Assembly: GCA_903961015.1 (NCBI GenBank)
Contig: CAJCCX010000061.1
Coordinates: forward strand, 6,105-70,104
Direction of reading: 5' to 3'
DNA length: 64,000 nucleotides
Source of the DNA: an uncultured bacterium
GTDB lineage: Bacteria > Planctomycetota > Phycisphaerae > Phycisphaerales > SM1A02
Numbering within the stretch: the first letter of the stretch is position 1; every line of letters starts with the position of its first letter. The notes beneath the pieces are model-generated. The model saw nothing but the letters and a program-made list of their open reading frames with translations, did not search any database and had not been told where the DNA came from. This document shows positions 11,709 through 21,751 of the stretch, one piece after another. The position numbers were made by a program, and so were the translations under genes.

Positions 11709-12671
11709 ATGCGCGAGTATGAATTACGCCATGATCTGAAGCGCTCCGAAGTTGAGGGATATCAATTCCCCCTAGGGATTGAACCGATTTCGCTGCCTGC
11801 ACCCAAGCAGGGATACACGCTCGAATACACGCCAGGCGATGATGGCGACCCTGACACATATGCGTTTCACATTGTGCTCAGTCATGATCGGTTGAGTTCG
11901 GTCATCCGCGATGCATTCGATTTTCTTCCTGCAGAGGTTGTGCCAATTGTCGAGATTGGCTCGCGTGATGCATACCGCGCACTGGACATTTATCTCGGAT
12001 CAGAAATGATTCCAACTGATGACTTTCTGAAAGTCTGGAAACGCTTCGAACCTCTACTTCTCGAAGACGGTTCCATCGGAGCTGGCGCGAATGCAGAGCA
12101 GCCATTTGTTGAAATTTTCTTGGACACTTGGAAGGGTCTCCTGATCAACGTCCCGATCAATATGCGGCGTGAAGTCGAACAGATGCTCGCTCGGCACGGA
12201 CTTCGAGAAGTCTTGGAAACATGGCCACATGATCTCGATCATTCACCTGAACCTCCATCGCAATTGCGCGAAGTGTTGCGGACGGAAGATGATCAGAGTC
12301 CAGACTTAGATGAAATTCTTTTGCAATTACGCGAGGCGTGGGGACTTGAATTGGATGTTGATCCCGATGCGAACGTAGATGAAAGTGGACGCCGACTTGG
12401 AATGGTGCTCTGGCATGCAATCATTCTTGCGGTACGACAAGATCGCCGTGGAAAAGGCGCATACATCACAGTCTGGGCGACAGCGGGAAGCCTTGCAGAA
12501 ATGGAACGGCTCGTGAATGATCATGTCGAAGAAAATATGCCGGAGTGGAGCTTTGAAGGTTTCTTCTCAGTTGACCGCGTTGCATTTGATGAACGACCAG
12601 ACGAGATGGCGGAGTTGGATATGCGGCGCAAGAAACCAGAAGTTCATCTGACCGCAATCGACGAGTGGTGA
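11709..12671 (+). CDS. Hypothetical acidic cytoplasmic protein (320 aa)
   Basis: The ORF-track entry 11433-12671 overlaps the preceding gene. The ATG at 11709 (MREYELRHDLK) lies 10 nt after the upstream stop. Composition is protein-like and Asp/Glu-rich. I recognise no motif. Confidence 0.6.
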   Translation: MREYELRHDLKRSEVEGYQFPLGIEPISLPAPKQGYTLEYTPGDDGDPDTYAFHIVLSHDRLSSVIRDAFDFLPAEVVPIVEIGSRDAYRALDIYLGSEMIPTDDFLKVWKRFEPLLLEDGSIGAGANAEQPFVEIFLDTWKGLLINVPINMRREVEQMLARHGLREVLETWPHDLDHSPEPPSQLREVLRTEDDQSPDLDEILLQLREAWGLELDVDPDANVDESGRRLGMVLWHAIILAVRQDRRGKGAYITVWATAGSLAEMERLVNDHVEENMPEWSFEGFFSVDRVAFDERPDEMAELDMRRKKPEVHLTAIDEW

Positions 12672-12693
12672 TCTGATTTGGGCTGGTCTTTTC

Positions 12694-13410
12694 TTAGTCA
12701 CCCAAATACGCACTTCGAATTCTTGGATCACTAAGAAGTTCACTGGATGGACCTTCGAATCCAATCGATCCTGTTTCCAGAACATAGCCTCGAGCCGAGA
12801 GCCCCAATGCGGCTCTTGCGTTCTGCTCGACGAGAAGCACAGTCAGACCTTCACTATTCAACTGCCGAATTGCCGCAAAAATTCTTGAGACAAGAATGGG
12901 CGCGATACCCATGGAGGGTTCATCCATCATCAAAAGTCGCGGCTTGCTGAGCAGAGCGCGGCCAATCGCGAGCATTTGTTGCTCTCCTCCGGAAAGCGTG
13001 CCTGCAATTTGACTCCCCCGTTCCTTGAGAACAGAGAAAAGATCGTAGACCTTGCCAAGATCTTGCGCGACACCTGCAACGTCATTGCGCAAATATGCGC
13101 CCATCATCAGATTTTCCAGCACGGTCATTCTGGGGAAAACGCGACGACCTTCAGGAACTTGAACCAAGCCGCGGCGGATGACTTCGTCTGGACGAAGTCC
13201 AAGGATCGACTCGCCTGCGAAGCGAACATCACCACTGCGCGGTTCGATTACCTGACTGATCGACATAAGTGTTGTGCTCTTGCCTGCTCCGTTGGATCCG
13301 ATGATCGAGACGATTTCGCCATCGGACACGCGCAAGGAGACTCCACGCAATACCTCGATCGGTCCATACCCAGTATGTAGATTTCGAACCTCAAGCAGCG
13401 ACTCGCTCAT
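12694..13410 (-). CDS. livF: Branched-chain amino acid ABC transporter ATP-binding protein LivF
   Basis: 238 aa. Walker A GSNGAGKST, signature LSGGEQQML, Walker B LLMMDEPS, and an RSAYLG C-terminus. Last gene of the liv block. Confidence 0.9.
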   Translation of the reverse strand: MSESLLEVRNLHTGYGPIEVLRGVSLRVSDGEIVSIIGSNGAGKSTTLMSISQVIEPRSGDVRFAGESILGLRPDEVIRRGLVQVPEGRRVFPRMTVLENLMMGAYLRNDVAGVAQDLGKVYDLFSVLKERGSQIAGTLSGGEQQMLAIGRALLSKPRLLMMDEPSMGIAPILVSRIFAAIRQLNSEGLTVLLVEQNARAALGLSARGYVLETGSIGFEGPSSELLSDPRIRSAYLGD

Positions 13411-14441
13411 CCGTGATCCTCCGAGCCAAGATAGGCCTCGATGATTTTTGGATTGACACGAATCTCATCTGGAATACCTTCAGCAATTTGCTTTCCATAT
13501 TGGAGCACCAGAATTCGATCAGAGACTCCCATTACCAGTCGCATGTGGTGTTCGATCAAGACCACAGTTGTTCCAGCTTCACGCACTCTTCGAATGAGCG
13601 CCATCAAACCAACAACTTCAGATGGATTCATTCCTGCCGCGGGCTCGTCAAGCAAAATGATGGTTGGTTTTCCTCCGAGGGCACGAGCAATTTCCAACCT
13701 ACGGCGAAATCCATACGGCAAACTGCCAGCAGCTTGTTCCGCACGATCGCCCAACCCAACAAAATCGAGCAGTTTCTTCGCTGATTCGTGAAATTCTCTT
13801 CGTTCTCGATAGAACCTTGGAAGCCGAAAAAGCGCACTCATGAATCCTGTTTTCATTCTGTAATCCATACCCACGAGGACATTCTGGATCAGGCTCAATT
13901 CATTAAAAAGGCGAATGTTCTGAAAGGTTCTGGCAACTCCCGATCGTGCGATATGGTCTGGCGCTCTGCGCCCACGCGACCAACTCACAGCAGCCGCACC
14001 AACTCCAATTCCTCCGCCAATCAAAAGTGGCAAGAGGTTTTTTACAAGTGGCAAACTCCAAATCGTCGAGTACCAACTCGTAGCGGCAACGGACCATGGA
14101 AATGGTTGATCAAATTTATAGTTATCAATGATCACTGCCGTCCAGATTGTTTCAACATTGAGACCGACGAGCGTAAAAATTCCCACTGCGAAAAACGCGC
14201 ACACAAATTTAAAAAGAACCCAACCAGTCAGCGGTTCCACAATCTCTCGCCCGTTGAATTCAACATGACCGTCTGTGGGCGCATAGATTCCTGTCACGGC
14301 ATTAAACAGTGTTGTCTTCCCAGCTCCGTTGGGACCGATGACGGCATAGATCTCACCTTGCTTGACTGTGAAATGAACGTCTTGCACTGCAACCAACCCA
14401 CCGAATTTGACGGTAACCCCGTCGGCTCGAAGGACGCTCAT
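13407..14441 (-). CDS. livG: Branched-chain amino acid ABC transporter ATP-binding protein LivG with an internal hydrophobic insertion
   Basis: The start at ATG 14441 overlaps the livM stop as ATGA. GPNGAGKTT, RTFQNIRLF, LPYGFRRRLEIARAL, ILLDEPAAG and IEAYLG are present. 344 aa, against about 255 aa for canonical LivG. Confidence 0.88.
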   Translation of the reverse strand: MSVLRADGVTVKFGGLVAVQDVHFTVKQGEIYAVIGPNGAGKTTLFNAVTGIYAPTDGHVEFNGREIVEPLTGWVLFKFVCAFFAVGIFTLVGLNVETIWTAVIIDNYKFDQPFPWSVAATSWYSTIWSLPLVKNLLPLLIGGGIGVGAAAVSWSRGRRAPDHIARSGVARTFQNIRLFNELSLIQNVLVGMDYRMKTGFMSALFRLPRFYRERREFHESAKKLLDFVGLGDRAEQAAGSLPYGFRRRLEIARALGGKPTIILLDEPAAGMNPSEVVGLMALIRRVREAGTTVVLIEHHMRLVMGVSDRILVLQYGKQIAEGIPDEIRVNPKIIEAYLGSEDHG

Positions 14442-15454
14442 TGCTTCGCCCTCTCGATTCGCGGTGGGATCAATCCGTTTGGCTTCAATCGAACCGCCAA
14501 GATCAATGCAAGACCAAAGATCAAGAACTTCCAATTGTTCGGGGAAAGCAAGACATTTCCTTGACTGCCAATTCCATTTGCAGCCATCCATGCAGTCGCC
14601 TTCACAAGAACAATCGAATTCAAACCAACCATGACCAACGCTCCAACAAGCACTCCTGCAATGCTTCCGATGCCACCAACGATCACTATGCACAAAGCAA
14701 GAATGGAAATTTGAAAGTCATAATTGCTTGGCTCGCCAGTGGAACTCAGGACGCTTGCGGAGAGTCCACCTGCGAATGCCGCAATCGCCGCAGCGGTTGC
14801 AAATGCAATTAATTTGGTTCGCTCGACTCGAATTCCCATCGAGCGTGAAGCAATTTCATCTTCGCGAATACTGAACCATGCACGCCCTAAACGCGAGCGT
14901 TCCAAATTACGCACCGCAAACACAGTCACAACCAGGAGAGCAAAGAATAAGTAGTACCACTTGTACTCATCCTCTGCGGTCCATTCGCTGCCACCAAAGG
15001 TTGGTGCTGGCAGCGGATTGATCCCTTGGGTTCCTTTCGTCACCACATCAAGATTCTTCAAGACATCTTGGACAATCTCTCCAAAGCCCAGAGTCACGAT
15101 GGCGAGATAGTCGCCGCGCAATCCCAGTGTTGGTGCGCCCAAGATGAATCCAGCGAATGCTCCGATGGGAATTGTCAGCGCAAGCGCGGGCCAGAATCCA
15201 AGTTGAAATGGATAAATCTCGCAGGTGAGAATGCCGAAGGCGTATGCGCCAATCGCCATAAATGCAGCGATTCCAAGATTCAGTAAGCCCGCATATCCAG
15301 TGACCACATTCAGTCCAAGCGCAAGAATTGCATAGAGAAACACTCCGCGAACTGCTTCACAAAGTTGCATTTTGGGTGGCAATACCACATCAAGAAGTGG
15401 AAGCAACGCTGCCAAGGCAAGAATGATGAAGATGGGACCTGGTCGCCAACGCAT
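14438..15454 (-). CDS. livM: Branched-chain amino acid ABC transporter permease LivM
   Basis: Polytopic membrane protein. The start ATG at 15454 (MRWRPGPIFIIL) lies 2 nt after the livH stop. Typical LivM order. Confidence 0.87.
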   Translation of the reverse strand: MRWRPGPIFIILALAALLPLLDVVLPPKMQLCEAVRGVFLYAILALGLNVVTGYAGLLNLGIAAFMAIGAYAFGILTCEIYPFQLGFWPALALTIPIGAFAGFILGAPTLGLRGDYLAIVTLGFGEIVQDVLKNLDVVTKGTQGINPLPAPTFGGSEWTAEDEYKWYYLFFALLVVTVFAVRNLERSRLGRAWFSIREDEIASRSMGIRVERTKLIAFATAAAIAAFAGGLSASVLSSTGEPSNYDFQISILALCIVIVGGIGSIAGVLVGALVMVGLNSIVLVKATAWMAANGIGSQGNVLLSPNNWKFLIFGLALILAVRLKPNGLIPPRIERAKQ

Positions 15455-15456
15455 CG

Positions 15457-16431
15457 TCAGACTTTCTCCCTGCGTGTCGATCCGAGAAGTCCGTTGGGAC
15501 GGAAAATCAGGATCAACACAAGAATGCAAAAGACGATCGTGTTCGTCCATCGTGTCTCGAGATATTGATCACTCATCGATCGGACGCAACCGATTGTCAA
15601 ACCACCAAGGACTGCGCCTGGCAAACTGCCGATACCGCCAAGCACTGCTGCAGTGAATGCGTCCAATCCGGCTCGCGTGCCCATTTGAAAACCGATCGTA
15701 TTGTTATAGAGCGAATAAATCACACTGGCGAATCCGCCGAGCGCACCACCAATAAAAAATGTGGCGCCGATGACGCGGTCAACGGGAATACCCATCAGAG
15801 ATGCTGCGATTGGATCCTGTGCAACCGCTCGCATCGCGCGTCCCAAACGAGTTCGCTTGACCATAAATGTCAGTCCAACCATCAGCGGGATTGTGACTGC
15901 GAAAACAAGCAGGTCTCCCGGTGTAATACGCAGGAATCCATCGCCTAGCAAATTGATTTGCGGAATAATCGCCGGAAAATCCTTTGGCGCTGCAGCAGAA
16001 TTCCCGTTGGCGAAAACCTTCATCGGAGCGCCGCCCCAGAACAAACCAAGATTCATGCATACAAACGAACATCCGATGGCAGAAACGAGCAGTGACAACT
16101 TGGATGATTTTCGAAGCGCGCGATAGGCCAAACGATCAAGGGACCAATTCAACCCACCGCAAAATACGGCGCTGCCAATAAGCATCAACGCAACTCCAAA
16201 GACCTGACCCGAAGGCCCCCACGCTTCCATTCCCAGTGCGCCCAATAATGTCAATGCGAGAAATGCACCGAGCATAAAAACATCGCCGTGGGCGAAATTG
16301 ATCAACTCGATGATGCCATACACCATCGTGTAACCGATGGCGATCAAGGCGATGATCATGCCATTGGAAAGGCCTGTGATCAGTTGTTGCGAAAAAACTT
16401 CGAAGTCAAGCATGGGAATCGGCGATATCAA
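15457..16431 (-). CDS. livH: Branched-chain amino acid ABC transporter permease LivH
   Basis: 324 aa and polytopic. LivH-like N-terminus (QQLITGLSNGMIIALIAIGYTMVYGIIELINFAHGD). Overlaps the SBP gene stop by 4 nt. Confidence 0.9.
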   Translation of the reverse strand: MISPIPMLDFEVFSQQLITGLSNGMIIALIAIGYTMVYGIIELINFAHGDVFMLGAFLALTLLGALGMEAWGPSGQVFGVALMLIGSAVFCGGLNWSLDRLAYRALRKSSKLSLLVSAIGCSFVCMNLGLFWGGAPMKVFANGNSAAAPKDFPAIIPQINLLGDGFLRITPGDLLVFAVTIPLMVGLTFMVKRTRLGRAMRAVAQDPIAASLMGIPVDRVIGATFFIGGALGGFASVIYSLYNNTIGFQMGTRAGLDAFTAAVLGGIGSLPGAVLGGLTIGCVRSMSDQYLETRWTNTIVFCILVLILIFRPNGLLGSTRREKV

Positions 16432-17645
16432 TTTCCCAAAACTTTGACAAACACAAATTTACCGTCTTGCACTGTCTGTCCGCTCATGACGCGGCTTGAT
16501 GTGTCGCCGTTGGCATCAAAACTCCACTTGCCTAGCACGCCGTCGAAATCTTTCGTGGCAGAAATCGCTGCGAGAATTCCCGCTCGATCCTTCGTCTTTG
16601 CTTGCGCAATCGCCTGTAAGACGACACGGGCAGCTTCATATCCATAAGACGCATACGCCTCGGGATCTGCGCCGAACTTCAGTTTGTATGCGGCACGGAA
16701 ATCTGCGCCTTTTCCAGTCATTTCTTCTGCCGGCAATCCGCCAAAGGTGATGTATGTCTTGCCATTCAGATTTGCTGCGCCTGCAGCTTCAATGAACGCT
16801 TGTTCAAAGCATCCGTCTGGCACCATGAACATTCCTTCATAGCCCCCAGACCTCAAGTCTTTCGCAACTTGTCCAGCATTGCTCTGAGTCGTTCCTCCGA
16901 AATAAACCAAGTCTGGGCTCGTGGCTTTTACCTTTGTGGCGAGTGATCGATAATTTGCAGCCTTGGAATCGATTCCCTCAAATCCAACGACTTCGATCCC
17001 CAATTTTTCAGCTTGCTTTCGGAAGACATCAGCGATCCCTTTGCCGTACAACTCACGATCATGCAAGATGAAAACCTTTCCAGCCTTGAGTGTTTTCGCC
17101 CAGTTGGCAGCTTCAACTCCTTGCAAATCATCGGTGGGGACAACGCGAAAATAATTGATCTTGCCTGATGGGCGATAGACAAGAGGCTCGTTCGCTTCAC
17201 CAAAACCTGGCTTGGTCAAACCTGGATATGTATTTGCTGGGCTCACCATCGCAAGGCCTGCACGATTGAGAATTGGTATCGCAACCTTCGCTGCGCCAGA
17301 ATTGAAAGTCCCGATATATGCGATGCAATCACTATCCTTGACAGCTGCATTGGCATTCTGCGCTTCAACTGCAGGATCCCAGTTTCCGCGCTGCGGACTT
17401 GCATCATCCATATCCTCGTATGCAATCTTCCATCCATCAATCTGACCGCCGACTTCATCGATGGCGAGCTTGATGCCATTGACCATCGTGTTGGTCTGGG
17501 CGTTTGCACTTCCTGTGCGCGGAAGACTGGAAATGATCTTGAGAGTTCCTGCATTCGCTGGCGCAACAACCTTTGAGTCTTGCGCAGCCGCAAACAGAAC
17601 AGAGCAAGCACCAAAAATTGAAATGATGACTGCGGAATTTTTCAT
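16428..17645 (-). CDS. Leu/Ile/Val-binding-protein family periplasmic substrate-binding protein
   Basis: Start ATG at 17645 (MKNSAVIISIFGACSVLFAAAQ signal peptide) with GGAG 9 nt upstream. Type-1 PBP fold motifs (PANTYPGLTKPG, YFGG, QSNAGQV). First gene of the liv block. Confidence 0.87.
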   Translation of the reverse strand: MKNSAVIISIFGACSVLFAAAQDSKVVAPANAGTLKIISSLPRTGSANAQTNTMVNGIKLAIDEVGGQIDGWKIAYEDMDDASPQRGNWDPAVEAQNANAAVKDSDCIAYIGTFNSGAAKVAIPILNRAGLAMVSPANTYPGLTKPGFGEANEPLVYRPSGKINYFRVVPTDDLQGVEAANWAKTLKAGKVFILHDRELYGKGIADVFRKQAEKLGIEVVGFEGIDSKAANYRSLATKVKATSPDLVYFGGTTQSNAGQVAKDLRSGGYEGMFMVPDGCFEQAFIEAAGAANLNGKTYITFGGLPAEEMTGKGADFRAAYKLKFGADPEAYASYGYEAARVVLQAIAQAKTKDRAGILAAISATKDFDGVLGKWSFDANGDTSSRVMSGQTVQDGKFVFVKVLGN

Positions 17646-17735
17646 TTTACATTCTCCAAATGAGTGTTGACCTTCCATGATCTCTCAGATCCCACAAGGG
17701 ATTTTTCGTCTTGGCAGTCTATCGTTATTTCATAC

Positions 17736-18893
17736 TCAAGTTGAATGTTGTGCAGCGGAAAGACCAGCAACTCGCAGAATGACCTGCGCAGATTCCAATC
17801 CTGGATCGTGACCAGCAAAGGTCGAAGCGACTGCATCAAGTCCACTGGAAATTTCCTTACGCCACTGCGCATCCCCCGCCATCTTCAAAGCGGCAGCAAT
17901 AATGGGTTCGGAAGAGCCAGAATATGGGACGAATTCTGGCACTAATTCACGACCAGCGAGAATATTCGGCAGCAACCGATACGGCGCCTTCAGCATGATT
18001 CGTGCTCCCGTGCACGCGAGTACTCCTGCGCGATAGAGACCAATCACTGGTTTGCGTGCGCGTGTCAAATCCAAAGTGACTGTCCCCGATACTGCCACAG
18101 CAAAGTCACACCATTGAGCAGCTTGATCGATCACATTGGTCATCAATGTCGTGCCGACTGGAAGCGTTCCTGCGATTTGTTCAAATCGTTGCGCGACTAC
18201 GGGACTCGCTGCAGCAACCACCGCAGTCGCATGCGGAAAATCGCGCCGAATTGCAGCGAAAATTTCCAGTAAGAGAGCACCGTTTCGATCAACCTCGATT
18301 GATCTTGAACCTGGCAACAGAAGGACTTTGGGGGTTCCTTGCGCAGGTTCTTTCCACTCGTCTGAACTCGCAAAGCTTTCATGCGGATCATTGAGCACTG
18401 GATGACCAACGAATGTTGCATCAACTCCACGCGCACGAAACCACGCTTCTTCAAAGGGCAAGAGACAAATCACATGGTTCGTTAAACGGCGAAGTTTGTG
18501 AATCCGCCAACCACCCCACGCCCACATTTGCGGGGCAACCAAATGCACGACGCGCGCACCGCGCTTCTTCATTCGCTTGCACATCGGAAAATTTGCGGCG
18601 GGTGAATCGACTGGGACATGAACAAGAACTTGATTTATCGCAGCCCATCGGTCAATCTCGCCGGCAACTTTTCGAATCGCCAATATCTTGTCCAGAGCTG
18701 GAATTCCCATCGTTCCATCATCCGCAGTTCGGCCCATCATTTCGGCGCCCGCGGCTTCCATGCGACGGCCTCCCCATGCGACAATTCGCAACTCTGGATT
18801 CAATCGACGAAGTTCGCGAATGACGGGAGCTGCGTGCGCATCCCCGGAGGGTTCGAACGCAGTGAAGAGAATGATCGGCGCAGTTCCTGCCAC
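17736..18893 (-). CDS. lpxB: Lipid-A-disaccharide synthase
   Basis: 385 aa with a GTG start. The N-terminal ILFTAFEPSGDAHAAPVIRELRR and overall length match LpxB (GT19). Confidence 0.88.
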   Translation of the reverse strand: MAGTAPIILFTAFEPSGDAHAAPVIRELRRLNPELRIVAWGGRRMEAAGAEMMGRTADDGTMGIPALDKILAIRKVAGEIDRWAAINQVLVHVPVDSPAANFPMCKRMKKRGARVVHLVAPQMWAWGGWRIHKLRRLTNHVICLLPFEEAWFRARGVDATFVGHPVLNDPHESFASSDEWKEPAQGTPKVLLLPGSRSIEVDRNGALLLEIFAAIRRDFPHATAVVAAASPVVAQRFEQIAGTLPVGTTLMTNVIDQAAQWCDFAVAVSGTVTLDLTRARKPVIGLYRAGVLACTGARIMLKAPYRLLPNILAGRELVPEFVPYSGSSEPIIAAALKMAGDAQWRKEISSGLDAVASTFAGHDPGLESAQVILRVAGLSAAQHST

Positions 18894-18964
18894 CGACGAA
18901 GCCTAACAGCGCAATGATTTGCCGTCTCGCTACCATCCCCGACCCGAAGGAAATGGAAATCAAC

Positions 18965-20758
18965 ATGCTGAAACGAACACAATATTGCGGCGAACTTCGA
19001 CCATCCCATGCAGGACAAACTGTCACGCTTTGCGGTTGGATCAATACATACCGAGAACAAGGGAAAGGACTTTTCTTTGTTGACCTTCGAGACAAAGAAG
19101 GTCTCGCTCAGGTGGTCTTTGGAATTGAATCAAGCGCTGCAGCTCTCATTGACAGCGCTCGGGGATTGCGACGCGAAGATGTGATCGGAGTTCGCGGAAC
19201 AGTTCGCATTCGCACAGGTGGTGCAAATCCCAAACTTGCAAGCGGCGAAGTGGAATTGGTTGCAGAGGAAATCGAGATCTTCAATAAAGCAGAAGCGCCA
19301 CCCATTCTTCCAGACGAGCACGACGCAGACAAGATCAACGAAGAAACCAGACTGAAGTATCGATACATCGACTTGCGCCGTCCGCGCATGCAAAGCATTC
19401 TGAAGACGCGGTCGCGCATCACCAAATTCACCCGAGATTATTTTGCACAACACCGTTTTCTCGAAATCGAAACACCGCTGCTGATCAAGAGCACTCCCGA
19501 GGGTGCGCGTGATTTTGTTGTTCCAAGCAGACTTCATCCAGGTCAGTGGTACGCCCTTCCGCAAAGTCCACAGCTATTCAAGCAGATTTTGATGGTTGCT
19601 GGTTGCGACCGTTACCTTCAAATTTGTCGCTGTCTTCGTGATGAAGATCCGCGCGCAGATCGCCAAGCAGAATTCAGCCAGATCGATTTAGAGATGAGTT
19701 TCGTCGAACGTTCCGACATCATGGACATGATGAGTGGTTTTGTCGCAGGTCTTTGGACAGAACTGTTTTCATATGACGTCGGAACTCTGCCTCGCATCAC
19801 TTGGATCGATGCGATGGAAAAGTATGGCATCGATCGACCCGACACGCGATTCGATCTCTTTATCCAAGACGTTTCCGATCTTGCTGCAAAGTGCGATTTC
19901 GGTGTCTTTCAGCAGGCACTCGCCAAGCGCAGTCCAACAGGGAAGTCTGGTGTCGTGAAATGCTTGAAGATTCCTGGCGGCGCAGAAAAACTCACGCGCA
20001 AGATAACCGACGGTTATAGCGAGTGGGTCAAGACATTCCGCGCTGGCGGTGTTCCAGTCGTGAAGTACACCGCTGCAGGCTTCGAATCTGGAATCGCGAA
20101 GTTCATCGGACCGATTGCAGAAGAATTGAAAGCACGGCTTGGACTTGAAGTCGGAGACGCCGTTCTATTTGCAGCAGATTCTTGGGATATTGCAACAAAA
20201 ACGATGGGCGAACTTCGCCTGCGAATTGCCAACGACTTGAAACTCATTCCAGAAGGAAAGTGGAATTTCCTCTGGGTCATCGACTTCCCAATGTTTGAAT
20301 GGGACGATGAAGGCAAGCGATGGGTCGCACTTCACCATCCATTCACGAGTCCAAATCCAGATCAATTTGGAATCTTGGAAAGTGATCCCGGCGCATGTCT
20401 CTCCGCAGGCTATGACTTAGTGCTCAACGGAAGCGAAATCGCTGGAGGCTCGATCCGCATGCACCGTATGGATGTACAGCAACGCGTTTTCAATCTCATC
20501 GGCCTCACAAATGAAGAAGCGCAAGCGAAGTTTGGTTTCTTGCTTTCTGCACTTCGCCACGGCGCACCTCCGCACGGTGGAATTGCATTCGGACTTGATC
20601 GTCTCGTAATGCATGTCGTCGGTACGGACAATATTCGAGATGTGATTGCATTCCCAAAGACTCAGTCTGGCGGAGATCTGATGATCGAAGCGCCAAGTCC
20701 TATCAGCGATGATCAACTTCGTGAACTCAGCGTCAAAAGCACTGTCACTCCAGCATAA
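18965..20758 (+). CDS. aspS: Aspartate--tRNA ligase
   Basis: Start ATG at 18965 (MLKRTQYCGELR). OB-fold GWINTYREQGKGLFFVDLRD, QSPQLFKQILM, class II motif 3 GGIAFGLDRLVM, and a bacterial-type insertion domain. Confidence 0.95.
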   Translation: MLKRTQYCGELRPSHAGQTVTLCGWINTYREQGKGLFFVDLRDKEGLAQVVFGIESSAAALIDSARGLRREDVIGVRGTVRIRTGGANPKLASGEVELVAEEIEIFNKAEAPPILPDEHDADKINEETRLKYRYIDLRRPRMQSILKTRSRITKFTRDYFAQHRFLEIETPLLIKSTPEGARDFVVPSRLHPGQWYALPQSPQLFKQILMVAGCDRYLQICRCLRDEDPRADRQAEFSQIDLEMSFVERSDIMDMMSGFVAGLWTELFSYDVGTLPRITWIDAMEKYGIDRPDTRFDLFIQDVSDLAAKCDFGVFQQALAKRSPTGKSGVVKCLKIPGGAEKLTRKITDGYSEWVKTFRAGGVPVVKYTAAGFESGIAKFIGPIAEELKARLGLEVGDAVLFAADSWDIATKTMGELRLRIANDLKLIPEGKWNFLWVIDFPMFEWDDEGKRWVALHHPFTSPNPDQFGILESDPGACLSAGYDLVLNGSEIAGGSIRMHRMDVQQRVFNLIGLTNEEAQAKFGFLLSALRHGAPPHGGIAFGLDRLVMHVVGTDNIRDVIAFPKTQSGGDLMIEAPSPISDDQLRELSVKSTVTPA

Positions 20759-20767
20759 GATTTGCGA

Positions 20768-21751
20768 TTAGTGCACGCCTTGAGCCGAAAGCCATCGTTC
20801 GGATTCGAGCGCTGCTTGACATCCCATTCCCGCTGCAGTGATCGCTTGTCGATATTGCGCATCTGCGACATCACCTGCCGCAAAAACGCCATCCAAGTTC
20901 GTTGCGCAAGACCGACTCGAAAGCGCGATGTACCCCTTCTCGTCCAGAGCAATCCCAGACGAGCGCAGGAAATCCGTCGCTGGAGAATGGCCAATTGCAA
21001 TAAAGAGTCCGCTCACTGGCAACAACGATCGCGCGCCAGTCACAGTGTCTTCAAGTTCAACAGCTTCAATTCGCTCGGCACCTGTGACATTCACCAGCTT
21101 TTTATTCCAAACCGCGACCGCATTGGGCATCGATAGAAGTCGGTCTTGCATCACTTTGGATGCACGGAACGAATCGCGCCGATGGATGACATACACCTTC
21201 GACGCGAATTTCGTCAGATAGGTCGCTTCTTCCATTGCAGTATCGCCGCCGCCAATGACCGCGAGTTCTTTGCCGCGATAGACAGGCAGCGCACCATCAC
21301 AGACTGCGCATGCGCTCACGCCGCCACCAATTTGTGCCAAGCGCAATTCGTTGGGCGCACCAACCCAATTCGCCACGGCTCCTGTTGCAATGATGACACT
21401 ATGCGCACGCAATGTTTTTCCACTTGCAAGTTTCACTTCAAATGGACGCATCTGAAAATTGCACTCAATGACATCGTCTTCGCAAATGCGCGTGCCAAAT
21501 TTTTCGGCCTGCTTGCGAAAATGCTCCATCAGTTCTGGGCCAGTCACACCCGAAGGAAAACCAGGATAATTCTCGACCTCAGTTGTCAGCATCAATTGAC
21601 CACCTGGCAAGACTGGCGCGGGATCAGATCGCGGAACTCCAATCACGCAAAGCGGCGAAAGATTTGCGCGCGCTGCATAAATCGCTGCAGTCCATCCAGC
21701 TGGTCCTGATCCGATGATCAAGATTCGTTCGACTCCATCGGTCTTCATCAT
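20768..21751 (-). CDS. trxB: Thioredoxin-disulfide reductase
   Basis: IIGSGPAGWTAAIYAAR (FAD), redox-active CAVCDG and GGGDTAMEEATYL (NADPH). The start ATG at 21751 overlaps the upstream stop as ATGA. Confidence 0.92.
   Translation of the reverse strand: MMKTDGVERILIIGSGPAGWTAAIYAARANLSPLCVIGVPRSDPAPVLPGGQLMLTTEVENYPGFPSGVTGPELMEHFRKQAEKFGTRICEDDVIECNFQMRPFEVKLASGKTLRAHSVIIATGAVANWVGAPNELRLAQIGGGVSACAVCDGALPVYRGKELAVIGGGDTAMEEATYLTKFASKVYVIHRRDSFRASKVMQDRLLSMPNAVAVWNKKLVNVTGAERIEAVELEDTVTGARSLLPVSGLFIAIGHSPATDFLRSSGIALDEKGYIALSSRSCATNLDGVFAAGDVADAQYRQAITAAGMGCQAALESERWLSAQGVH

Noticed and set aside
13788-14564. 258-aa plus-strand ORF over livG and livM
   Set aside because: It is antisense to two genes with clear ABC motifs. 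Shadow ORF.
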